A DNA stretch of 62,947 nt, the filler included, from Collodictyon triciliatum (lineage: Eukaryota): the NCBI GenBank assembly GCA_043381765.1. It is 10 parts of 10 records of this genome, joined end to end, with 100 filler letters (N's around TTAATTAATTAA, not from the genome) between each part and the next. Parts side by side here need not be neighbours in the genome. Positions count along the whole stretch, not along the records: positions 1 to 6,414 come from JBHJMP010004475.1; positions 6,515 to 12,926 come from JBHJMP010004476.1; 8 more parts are not named here. One strand, 5' to 3'. This document shows positions 1 through 12,394 of the stretch, piece after piece. How positions within the stretch are numbered: the first letter of the stretch is position 1; each line of letters starts with the position of its first letter. The translations under genes were made by a program, and so were the position numbers. Under the pieces are notes generated by a model. That model had not been told where the DNA came from and did not search any database. It saw nothing but the letters and a program-made list of their open reading frames with translations.

Positions 1-142
1 TTTCTTTTTCTTTTTCTTTTTCTTTTTCTTTTTCTTTTTCTTTTTCTTTTTCTTTTTCTTTTTCTTTTTCTTTTTCTTTTTCTTTTTCTTTTCTTTTTGA
101 TCTACCTTCCATAGAACTCTTCGACGAAGGCACCAACTCCAC

Positions 143-3100
143 ATGAGCGGGGCCGAGACCTTGGAGCAGGAGAATGCACGCCTGCGGACGGAACTTGAAG
201 CCCTCCGAGCTGAGCTTCACGAACAAAGCCGGAGAAAACCCGAAAGCGCAGCCCACTCGGGTGTTGCAGACTCGGACGAGACTCCTTTACCCGCGCCGCA
301 CCCGCTCTCGAAAGACGATATTTGTCGATACAGTCGCCAACTTTTGACGCCAGAGATTGGAGCCCAAGGTCAGCTTCTTTGCATCGTCCTTGCATCTTGG
401 CTGTATCGTCTTTGTGTCTCCTTTGTAGCTTCTCTGTATTGTCATTGCATCGTCTTCGCATCGTACTTTTTTTTCTCTCATATGATGCGCTTACTTTATG
501 ATACCTACTTTATTCGCAAACACCAAGGTCAAAGTAAACTCAAAGCCTCTTCGATGTTGATTGTTGGTGCTGGTGGATTGGGAGCGCCACTGATGCAGTA
601 TTTGGCTGGGGCAGGTGTTGGTATGTCATGTGAATATGTAGCAGTACAGCTCTGCGGCAGTTTGTGATGAAATCGACCTCCTTTATTTTCTCCTAAATGA
701 TATCAATAAATATTTTTCTCAAAACATTTACCTAAATTGCAAAACGAAATAGGTCGCATCGGTGTTGTTGATTCTGATGTTGTGTCTTTGGATAATCTCC
801 ACAGGCAGGTAACTAATATGCATTTCTCTGAAAAAAAAGTAGAAAATAAATAAAGAAAAAAACAAAGAAAAGAATGCTTTGATATATCATTTACTTTTGC
901 ATATTTGGTTTGAGATAATATTTGTTTTTCTTGTTTCCTTATAACAGATTATCCACACTGAGGCAAATGTCGGTATCCCCAAGGTGGAGTCAGCGGCTCG
1001 AGCCGTGAAAGGGTACACCGTCTCATACAATTAACGAAATACTTTCTTTCCTGACATATGACGCATTCAATCGTAATTCTGAATATCTGGTCCTTTCATA
1101 TGATGTTATTATTTTTTTTTCAATTGATACTGAATTAACTTATGAATAGACTCAATTCCAGTGTTGAAGTAGTCACCTATAACAAGCGCTTCACTTCGGA
1201 AATCGCCCTTGAACTCGTCAAGAAATATGACATCATCCTTGACGCCACGGACAACGTTCCGACTAGATATCTGATAAATGATGCTTCGTTAGAAATTAAT
1301 AATACAATCATTTATTTCGCTTGTAACTTCACAGCAATAGTCATGTAGCATGCAGCCATATCTTTTTTTCTGTATCCTAATCATTCTTCTTGTGTGAAAT
1401 ACCATTCATCTATTATGAAACGAAAAATATAAACGTTCCTTATCTTAGGATGATGCTTGGAAAACCTTTAGTCTCTGGAAGTGCTCTTCGCATGGAAGGA
1501 CAGGTTTGGTCAATCATCTTTAAGAAGACACTCTGAGTTTTCTCAGATGTGTTTATACTCGATTTCATTTCCCTTTCGCATTTACTCATAATTGTTCCCT
1601 TTTTACTCTCCTCATTTATTTTAGACCTCTCTTAGATACACTGCAATGCTAAGGCGTTACGCGAATTAATGGGACTCTTTCTTTCTTGACAGCCACGTCC
1701 ACACCATAAATATTTTCCACTTGTTGTTCTCGCAATATAGGTTACCGTATATGGCTTGAATGGACCGTGCTACAGATGCATCTTCCCGAAACCTCCACCA
1801 CCTGAGGCTGTAACAAACTGCTCCGATGGCGGTGTCTTGGGTGTCAGTATGTAATTTTTTCTCTTTTCTTTTTCTTTTTATCCCAAAATAGGAACAAACA
1901 TTTTTGATTATTTTTATCTGTAGTCAAAATTGTCATGAACTGTGAGTTTTTTGTTTTGTTTTTGTTTTTGCACGTTTCAACAGAGTTTCATTTTCCATGA
2001 TACGCCTCCGTCCTTTTTTTTATGCATCTTTTCGAACTCATTTAGTCCCTGGTATCATCGGGTGTTTACAAGCTTTGGAGGCCATTAAGATAGCAGCTGG
2101 TGTTGGAAGTTCAGTTTTTGTTCTTTTTTGTTTTTTGTTTCAGTTGTTTACCCTCATTTCTTGGATTATTTTTGTGATTCACACGACTCAATTATTATTC
2201 TCATCTATGATTATTTTTTTTTTTATGGTTAGGTATGATTTTGCTTGATTATTTTGCTCTGATGCTTTCATACCTTATTTAAGCCTGCATTCACTTTTTT
2301 TCTGCTATCTCTGTAGCATCTATATCTCAAAAACTTCTCCTCTTTGATGGAACTACAACAAGGTTTTCTCTGCTTGCCCATCATAATTATGAAGCATTTT
2401 AAATCACCAAGTAGTATCCCTAAAATCTACCTGTTAGGTCCAAAATCACTATATTCATTTGTGGTTTTGGAAAATTGATATCACTTACTGTACTGAGCAG
2501 ACTTTGTGGGCTGTCGCTCATAATCAAATTTGATAAAAAAAAAAAAATTATTTATTTATTTTAGGTTCAGAACCATTCAACTTCGTGGGAAAAATCCGGC
2601 ATGTCTGGCATGTGGTACTGCAGGTAACCTACCACCTTCAAGCCACCTATAATCCAACAAATCAATACACACAAATATATATAAATATATTTATAACGAA
2701 GGCTTAATTAGCAAAGTGCTGAAATCTCCCCGCAAATAAATTTTGATAAACTGACGCATTTGTAATCAAATACTTATACAAACAACTAATTTTTCATTAC
2801 TTAAATAAACACATTTCCCGTGTATTTTTCTTTCTGTTGTATTTGTCTTTCCTCTTAGAGGTACGAATGAAAGAATTGATCGATTACCAAGAGTACTGCA
2901 AAGCTCCTCTTCACGATCAAGTTTGCCTTTTTTTTTTTTTTTCATGTAATGGGTATACAATCGGTGCTTTATATATGTGATTCATGTATCTTATATCTTA
3001 GGGCAGCTATGTATCTGTGTTGAGTTCATTTGAGAGAGTGTCCTGCGAGGTTTGTTGTTGCCATCGTTCTTTTCATATGTACAATACATTCATTTCCAAT

Positions 3101-3736
3101 CAATCATCCTTTCGGACTAAATGAAGCATCGACAAACTAAACTAGACATACAAAGAATTCCTCGACAAAAAAGAGTCACATGTCCTTCTGGATGTGAGAC
3201 CGCACCTTGAATACCAAATATGCCACTTGGACAATGCAATTAATATCCTTTCAATCCCCATCATATTTTCTTTTCATATTTTCTTTTTCTGCTTTTCTGT
3301 GTTTTCTTCTTTTTTTTTCCTTTTTCCTTTTTCCGTTTTTCTGTTTTTCTGTTTTTCTGTTTTTCTGTTTTTCTGTTTTTCTGTTTTTTCTTCTTTTTTT
3401 CTTTTTTCCATCGCAATTCTTTGCGAAAGAATATTCATCTAACCGGTTAACTCGCATCTTTCTTCGATCAACCTGGTTTCCTCTTTGCTATCCCCTTTGC
3501 ACAGACCTTGACTATGTCTCAAGCATGCCACTCGCTGAAATTCCGTCACGCATCGAAGAAATCAGGAATCTCGCTGCCACATCACCCAGCAAACAGAGTA
3601 ATTGAATTCGAATGATGGACGAATACACATACATACATACATACATACATACATACATACATACATACATACATACATACATACATACATACATACATAC
3701 ATACATACATACATACATACATACATACATACATAC

Positions 3737-3828
<92 letters not shown>

Positions 3829-4002
3829 GTGACGTCAAAGTGATGTTGCATCATAGTTTTTGTCATCTGCCGCAAGGGAAACGCTTCTCAAATCGCTGTG
3901 CGGACGCTGCAGTCGATGGGCTTGGACGGCGTCTTCAAGGATGTTGTGGGAGGTGTTTCTGCGTGGGCTCGCGAGGTTGATCCGGCTTTCCCAACCTACT
4001 GA
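143..4002 (+). CDS. MOCS3: Adenylyltransferase/sulfurtransferase MOCS3/UBA4 (ThiF/MoeB domain plus C-terminal rhodanese), multi-exon, complete
   Basis: Spliced exons read [100 protein letters not shown] and end [11 protein letters not shown] (4000-4002). Introns are GT-AG except one U12-type intron starting at 3243. Confidence 0.95.
3243..3522 (+). other. U12-type (minor spliceosome) intron, probable AT-AA termini
   Basis: Donor ATATCCTTT at 3243-3251. CCTTGAC branch motif at 3506-3512. Splicing after AA at 3521-3522 restores the frame as NAI-S-MPL. Confidence 0.75.
3625..3828. repeat. Compound (TACA)n(TAGA)n microsatellite in a MOCS3 intron
   Basis: Direct reading. Many other simple repeats occur, e.g. 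(TTCTAT)n at 6303, (AAAAG)n at 14945, (AATAGAC)n at 26450, (AAAG)n at 27170, (AAAC)n at 31555, (TTA)n at 34418, (TTTTG)n at 36246 and (AAT)n at 19536 and 58408. Confidence 0.95.
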
Positions 4003-4067
4003 GTCACGTCGTCTCCACAATAATAAAGCACCGTGCTTGATCTCTGACCGTGTTGTGTAGTGTTTAT

Positions 4068-4135
<68 letters not shown>

Positions 4136-4159
4136 AGAAGCAGCTGGGATCGTCCTCTG

Positions 4160-6260
4160 ATGGAATCGACGGCGCCATCCTTGACACCAAGCGCGCCTCT
4201 TTCTCCCTCGTCATTTCAACCTGTGCCTTTGTCGGTTGAGCTGCGGGGAGAGCAAAGCAGGAGCGCACACTCTGCGTTGCCACTGATCGTCGTCGCCGGT
4301 GCAACAGGGACGGGGAAGTCGCGTTTGGCGATCGAACTGGCGTGTGCGTTGTCAGGCGAAGTCATCAACGCAGATTCGATGCAGGTCTTTCTCTCTCTCC
4401 ATTTGTTTTTGTTTTTCTTTTCTTTTTCTTTTCATTTGTTTTTTCTTTCGACCGCTCTTGCTTTTCAATAAGATATATCCTAAATATATATCAATCAACT
4501 TCATTATCTTTTTACATCTTCATGTGTCTTTTGTATATCTATTTCTCATATTTATACTTTAATATCTTTTATTTCTTTTAAATCTCTTTTTCTTTTTATT
4601 TATTTTGTTTCTTTAAAATTTTATTTCATTATTTTCTATTTTTATTTGCTATTTGTTTTAGAGCATGAAACTGTATTTCTCGTAATTTTTCGACTTGTTT
4701 TGTACGGACACCGGGCGTACTCGGTTGCTGGTTTCATTAGTATTGCGTGCCTGTATATTTTGACCTTTTCTAATTCATTAAAATCATCCAACGCATTATG
4801 GTGCGACCTTCTATGTAGATATACAAGGTCTGATTTTATATTTCTCTACAGAAACAAAAACAAAAGCGGCGATAAGCTATTTTTCATGATTCCCACGCAG
4901 GAGATTAAGGAAAATATTGAAACATATGCATTCTTGTAACTTGACGATGAGAATACTGATAAGGCATTGACTTTTTGCTCGTTCAGGGACTTGACATTGC
5001 TACAGCCAAAGTGACAGAGGACGAAAAATTAATCGTTCCTCATCATTTATTGGACATTTTGGAACCACATGAATCCATCACTGTGGTTGAATATCAAAAA
5101 ATGGCTCTTGAGAAGGTTTCATCCATCTTTTTGTCACCAAGAAATATATCCATCAACGCTAGAAACGCTATTTCATTACCTATTCTCTCCTAAGTAACAC
5201 AGCAAAATTACATAGATTCGCGATATTCATATGCGTGGGAAAATCCCGATACTTGTTGGCGGAACAAACTACTACATTCAGTCTGTAATTTGGACAAATG
5301 AACTCATTCACCAAAATGACGCCTCATCAGAGGTGTTTCCTCATTCTATGAATACGTTGTTTTCAATCAAGTATTGGTATTGACATTAAAGGTTTATTTG
5401 CGCTAATAATTTGACCAAACGCACACCGTTAATTTTCTTCTATTTTTATATTCAAAGGAAGACAATGAAGACAATGAAGACGAGGAAACAGAGGAACACC
5501 ATACGAAAGTCTCAATGAATTCATCAAAGCACAAAACAAATTTAGACGTCATAAACCTTCTGGATATGTGCTCTTCTATGTTGCAAAGGCAAATATCGCC
5601 TCTTCTAAAAAGCACTCCTATCGATTTATTGATTAAAGAACTCCATACCGAATTAATTGAAGCTATGACTCCTGCAAAGAATTCTTCTGCAAAACTGTAT
5701 GAAATATTGTGCATAATCGACCCAAAAATGTCCATTCTGTACCACCCGTCCGATTTTCGTCGAATTTTTCGAAGTCTACAGGTAAAGATAATTACAATGC
5801 AAATGCATATACCTAAATTCTCATTTGGCTGCATACTTTTTTTCTTTCATGAATAAAATATCTACAGGTATTTTCTATGTCTGGAAGAAGACAAAGCGAT
5901 TTAATAAGTGAGAACAAAAGAAACAACCAGCTTCGCTTTCAAACTTTGGTTTTTTGGGTTGATACGACTCGTGATGTTCTTTACAGAAGACTAGACCAGC
6001 GAGTCATTCAAATGAAGCATGTTTGTTACTTTCTATCTAATTTAAGTGCCATGGAAAAGAATTGCCACATCCAATCCTTAGTATAATGCTTTGTAATTGG
6101 TTGAAAGCTAAACTCGAGATGTAAGAAAACTTTTCCTTATATTTTATCTAATCCAAAGCTTTACAGAAAGGACTTTTAGAGGAAGTACTTAATCTGCACT
6201 CTGCTCTGGTCTCAAGAGGAATAACAACACCTTTTTATCATGGGACTTTACAATCAATCG
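4160..6260 (+). CDS. TRIT1: tRNA isopentenyl(dimethylallyl)transferase (MiaA/MOD5/TRIT1 family), 3' end truncated by contig end
   Basis: [13 protein letters not shown]-loop; [65 protein letters not shown]. Confidence 0.92.
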
Positions 6261-6458
6261 GTATCTATTCAGGCCCTTTTTTTTTTGCATGCGCCGAATT
6301 GTTTCTATTTCTATTTCTATTTCTATTTCTATTTCTATTTCTATTTCTATTTCTATTTCTATTTCTATTTCTATTTCTATTTCTATTTCTATTTCTATTT
6401 CTATTTCTATTTCTNNNNNNNNNNNNNNNNNNNNNNNNNNNNNNNNNNNNNNNNNNNN

Positions 6459-6470
6459 TTAATTAATTAA
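6459..6470. other. Artificial contig linker TTAATTAATTAA flanked by N runs (also at 12971, 19480, 25989, 32482, 38990, 45497, 52019, 58519)
   Basis: The identical six-frame-stop 12-mer sits inside N runs at a regular spacing of about 6.5 kb. Confidence 0.97.
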
Positions 6471-6514
6471 NNNNNNNNNNNNNNNNNNNNNNNNNNNNNN
6501 NNNNNNNNNNNNNN

Positions 6515-6608
<94 letters not shown>

Positions 6609-6764
6609 AAAAAAAACAAAAAAAACAAAAAAAAACAAAAAAAATTAAAAACCAAAACAACAACGATTTACCCCATCCCCTCTTGAAAGAAAAAGATATA
6701 TGATCAAGAGGCAATAAAATATTCACCTTATCATTTAGGGTCAAGTCATAACTACCGAATAACA

Positions 6765-9700
6765 ATGGCCATACATTTTTCATCAACACATATGCTTCTG
6801 ATAGGTAAGTTATATTTTAATATCAAATGGTATTAAAGCTTGCTGAATTCCTCGCCATACAGCATTTCTCGCAATCTGAGGTTTTTTTTTTGTTTCTTCC
6901 TTTCAATTTATGTAATTTGAATTTTAGAAAGATTTATCCTTGTACATTAGGATTAATTATCTGCAGTAAAGCTTGTCATGTTGAAGGAGAAGAAAATCAA
7001 GTCTACACTATCGGTAGCCCTGGCCCAGTCAGCAGTGTTTCGGTTTCTCCTGATGGTTCAAATATTGTCTCTGGTAGTGTCGATGGAACAATCAAAATTT
7101 GGAATTTTTCAGATGGGGCTTTGATTCGCACATTGACTGGGCACATTTCTGGCACTTACAGTGTTACCGTTACTCCTGATGGTTCAAAAGCTATCTCTGG
7201 AGGTGGTGATAATACAGTTAAAATATGGACCATTTTTGATGGAAATTTGATTCGCACATTGTCTGGGCACACTTCTAGTATTTACAGTATTGCTGTTACT
7301 CCTGATGGTTCAAAAATTGTATCTGGAAGTGCCGATGGAACAATCAATATTTGGAATATTTCAGATGGAGCTTTGATTCGCACATTGAATGGTCATACTA
7401 ATAGTGTTCTCAGTGTTGCGGTTTCTCCTGATGGCTCAAATATTATATCTGGAAGTGAGGACAGAACAATCAAAATTTGGAATCTTTCAGATGGAGCTTT
7501 GATTCGCACATTGACTGGGCACATTTCTGGCGTTTCCAGTGTCACTGTTACCCTTGATGCTACAAAAATTATATCTGGAAGTGAAGATGCAACTATAAAA
7601 ATTTGGAGCCTACCAGATGGAGGTTTAATTCGCACATTGAATGGTCATTCTAGCAAAGTTTCCAGTGTTTCCGTTTCTTCGAATGGCTCAAAAATTATAT
7701 CTGGAAGTGACGATGCAACTATAAAAATTTGGAGCCTACCAGATGGAGGTTTAATTCGCACATTGAATGGTCATTCTAGCAAAGTTTCCAGTGTTTCCGT
7801 TTCTCCTGACGGGTCAAAAATTATTTCGGGAAGCTATGATAATACAATCAATTATTGGAATCTTTCAGATGGAAATTTACTTCAAACTTTGGAAAATCAT
7901 TACAACAGCATCTCCAGTGTTGTTGTTACACCTGATGATTCAACAATTATTTCGGGAAGCTACGATAATACCATTAAAATTTGGAACCTTTCTGATGGAG
8001 CTTTAATTCGCACATTGACTGGCCATTCAAGCAAAGTTAACAGTGTCGCTGTTACACCTGATGGTTTAAATATTGTATCTGGAAGTGAGGATAGAAGAAT
8101 CAAAATTTGGAATCTCTCTAATGGGGGTCTAATTCGCACATTGATTGGTCACACAGGCTGGGTATGGAGTGTTGCTGTTACACCTGATGGTTTCAAAATT
8201 GTTTCAGGAAGTGGCGATTATTATAGAAGTGTTGATTACTCAATCAAAATTTGGAATTATTTTGACGGATCACTTATCAATACATTAGTCGGGCATATGT
8301 TTGCCGTTCAGAGCGTAACGGTAACTCCTGATAGTTCAAGTATTGTCTCTGGAGGCGGTTCAGATATAAAGATTTGGAATATCTTTGACGGGACCCTAAT
8401 AAATACCCTGAAAAGCCATCATAGTAATGTTAGGAGTGTTGTTGTTACCCCTGACGGTTCAAAAATCGTTTCCGGAAGCTACGATAATACAATTAAAATC
8501 TGGAATCTATCTGATGGAGCGTTGATTCGAACTTTGACACGGGTAACATTTTCTGGTCATGTTTATTGCGTTGCTGTTACTCCTGATAGTTTGAATATTG
8601 TTTCTGGAAGTTACAGCGGGACAATCTATATTTGGAATATTTCAGATGGGGCTCTCACCAAATCATTGACTGGTCACACCAAAAATGTTAATGGGGTTAC
8701 TGTCACCCTTAAGGGCTCAAAAATCGTCTCTGGCAGTGACGATTTTTCCACAAGGATTTGGAATATTTCGAATGGAACCTTAATTCGCACATTGAGAGGC
8801 AATTATGGAGCGGTTAATAGCGTCACAACTACTTTTGATGGATCAAAAATCATTTCTGGAAGGGACGACCAAACGGTTGAAGTTTGGAATTTTTCTGATG
8901 GTGTCTTGATTCACAAATTGACAGGTCATGCTGGTTGGGTCTCATGTGTCTCTGTTTTTCCCGATGATTCAAAAGTTGTTTCAGGAAGTCAAGATTGTAC
9001 AATAAAAATCTGGAATCTTTCTGACGGAGCTCTGATAACGACATTACGCGGACATAAATATGACGTTTTCAGTGTTGTTGTCACTCCTGATGGCTCAAAA
9101 ATTGTTTCTGGTAGCGGCGATAGTACAATTAAAATTTGGAATAGCTCTGGCGGAACTTTAATTCGTTCATGGACTGCGCACACTACTTATGTTTACACTG
9201 TCGCCGTTACTCCTGATGAATTAAAAATTGTGTCTGGGGGTAATGATAACTTTATCAAAATTTGGAATCTTTCTGATGGAACTTTAATTCGTTCCTGGAC
9301 TGCGCACACTACTTATGTTTACACTGTCGCCGTTACTCCTGATGGATTAAAAATTGTTTCTGGAGGTGGCGATGGAACGATTAAAATTTGGAATCTTTCT
9401 GATGGTTATCTGATTCGTACGATCCATGATAACTATGGTGTTTCCTGGGTTGTTGTTACACATGATGCTTCGATGATAGTCTCTGGAAGTGGCGATTCTT
9501 CAATAAAAACCTGGAATTTTTCCGACGGAGCTTTGATACGTAGATTGACTGGTCATACTGGATATCGTGTTGAAGATATTGCAATTTCTCCTGATGACTC
9601 AAAAATTGTTTCTGCAAGCAACGATAACACCATCAAAATTTGGAAAGTGTGCAAATATGGCTTTTACTTAGACTGGCTGTCGGACGAATGCAAGATATGT

Positions 9701-12394
9701 CCAGAGGGAACTTATAATAATCCAAACGATATGAATTCGTGCATCAGTTGTACCCCTGGAACTTTTAATCCAAATAATGGCTCATTTAGTGAGTTCAATT
9801 GCTTACCGTGTGATGTTGGAGAATTTAATCCATTTTCGGGACAATCCTTCTGTCGGACTTGTCTCCCTGGAACTTACAACCCAAGCAAGAGATCAAGTTC
9901 GCTATACAATGCTTGCATGGATTGTTTCGCAGGTTCGTATGGGGATAAATTTGGATCGAAATCATGCACCTTGTGCCCATCAGGGACCTATAGTATGGAT
10001 GTGAGGTCGTCTTCGAGTTCTTCGTGCATTGAATGTGAGCATGGATCGTATAATGGAGCTGAAGGACAATCAAGGTGCCAAGACAGTAAACCTGGATTCT
10101 ATGTTCCCAATAAAGGTGCATCTGCTCCTTCTCCTTGCCAACCAGGAACATTCTCTAATACTACTAAAGCTGTAGAATGCAATAAATGCCCAGCTGGTAC
10201 ATTTAATCCTGATGTTGCATCGGCGAGTATTTATGGGTGTCAGCCTTGTCCGAAGGGAAGATTCTCATCAAATTCAGGAAATTCAACATGTGACTTATGT
10301 CCTTCTGGTTCTTACAATGAATATGCAGGCCAAACCGAATGCACTAATTGTACCAATGGAACATATAATCCAAAGTTTGGTTTAAGCACTATTGATGCAT
10401 GTATTGAATGCCCGAAAGGGACATACGGGACTGAGCAAAGAGATGAATGCATTTCATGTCCAGATGGAACATTTAATAACATAACTGGGCTATATAGAAA
10501 TACGTCTTGTCTTTTATGTCCAAAGGGAACCTACAGTTCAAAAAGAAGTGCTTCATGCAGTTTATGTCCCACTCGTTCGTCAACAACTAATGAAGGATCC
10601 AAATCAATTGATGATTGCAAATGTATCAAAACATATGTATCAGTAGATAGCATATGTACTTGCCCCCCAGGAAAATTTGAGGATGAGGATATGTGTGTTG
10701 CGTGCAGGGTTGGTTCATATAAATCAACTTATGATACTAATTTCTGTCTCTCCTGCGAGGATAAATTCACCACAAATAATGAAAGTTCAGTGAGCCCAAC
10801 GGAGTGTATTTGTAAACCTGGGTTTGAGTTGAGAAACTCTACTTCCACTTCCATTCCAAGTTGTGAATGCAAACCAGGGTGGTATGAAAACCAGAAAAAT
10901 TGTTACGAATGTCCCATAGGAACTTACAATGAAAAATATGGACAAACTTTTTGCATTGACTGTCCTGAAGGATTTACATGCCGTGGAAGTATCAATCCTG
11001 TTGTCTCATCAGGATATTGGCAGGCTCCTAGTTCAAATGGTGAATACATTGCTTACAAATGCATAAATAAAGACGCTTGCAAAGGAGGAAACAATACTTG
11101 CGCTGAAGGATACAGCGGAGCTCTATGTAGTGTTTGTGAAAAGGGATATGGAAAGACAGGCGTGTTTTGTACTAAATGTCCCAGCAAAGAAACGGGAGGA
11201 TTCCTAGTCTTCCTTAGTATTGCTGCACCCTTGGTTTTTGTTTTATATATGATAGAGCAATCAAGACAACCTAAAACTGCCAACATACAAAATTTAAAGA
11301 CTCTAGCAACTCATTTTCAAGTCTTGTCTTACTTGGCTAATTTTGATGCAGATTGGAGCTCTACTGTCATTTCAATAATGAAAATTCCAGCGCTATTTTC
11401 GTTTTCTCTTTCTGTCGATACTTATCCAATGGAATGTAGATTTGAAATAACAATTTATGACAAGGTGTTTTATTCAATTATGACTCCACTAATTTTGATA
11501 GGAGTGGTAATTCTTATAATAGCAATAAAAACGATATGGAAGCTAAAAACTGACCTGGCCCACACCAAGAACATCACTTCATTCAATATAATACATGAAT
11601 TTATATATTCCATCCTAGTTATGCTTTTCTTTGTTCATCCAACAATAACGTCATCGATTTCAAGCATATTCCGCTGCGAGAATTTTGGAGAGGAAAGTTA
11701 CTTGAAGGCAGATATGTCGATTATGTGCAATGATGCAACATACCTCGCATGGAAAACAATTGCTTTGATCTACGTGATTCTGTATTGCTTTGGTGGCCCG
11801 CTTATTCTTGCTGCGTACATGTTTTACAAAAAAGTGTCATTGATTGATTCGACCTCGAATTCTTATAACTTACTACGATTTTTAGTCGACGGTTATACCA
11901 AAGAATGCTATTACTGGGAGATTGTAACTATGGTGCAGAAGCTTATTGTGGTCGTCATCAGTGCATTCTTTTCCCCAGCTCTTCAAATTTACTTTGGGTT
12001 ATGGCTGCTTTTAATTAGTATTATACTATCCCTCTACTTCAAACCTTTCATGTTTGATATGCTGAGAAAGTCGCAACTGTACTCGATATCAGTTCTATAT
12101 TTTACGTTGATGACAAGCCTCTTATTCAAATATTCAGACATTAGCAATGCAATCGAGTACTTGCTAGTTGTACTGGTTGTTTTCTCCAACGGACTCATTG
12201 CACTTGATTCAGTAATCAAAGCTGGACCCACTGTAGTGGCTTTGTTTGGCGGAAAAATGGTAAGTTTGGCAACATTTGTTTTCGATGCTGTGACCGACTC
12301 ATCTGCAACCACAAACTTTAAAGGAAAATGGACAAACTCGAAAAAAAGAAATGAGATGAAGAGTTTCGTTGCAAGTTCAGAACCGCTGCTTTAA
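6765..12394 (+). CDS. Secretory-pathway membrane protein: signal peptide, 21 WD40 repeats, GCC2/GCC3 (ephrin-receptor-like) Cys-rich repeats, TRP-like multipass TM domain
   Basis: Exon 1 (6765-6804) splices via GTAAGT...TAG (6805-6950) in frame to the long ORF, giving MAIHFSSTHMLLIGLIICSKACHVEG. WD40 repeats LIRTLxGH...SGSxDxTIKIW span about 7015-9645. CxxGTY/FN repeats span about 9650-11185. About 8-9 hydrophobic segments follow, with YLKADMSIMC and GYTKECYYWE motifs. Confidence 0.88.

Noticed and set aside
6827-6950. ORF-track N-terminus MVLKLAEF... of the 1855-aa protein
   Set aside because: It lies within a GTAAGT...TAG intron; the upstream ATG at 6765 gives a better signal peptide.
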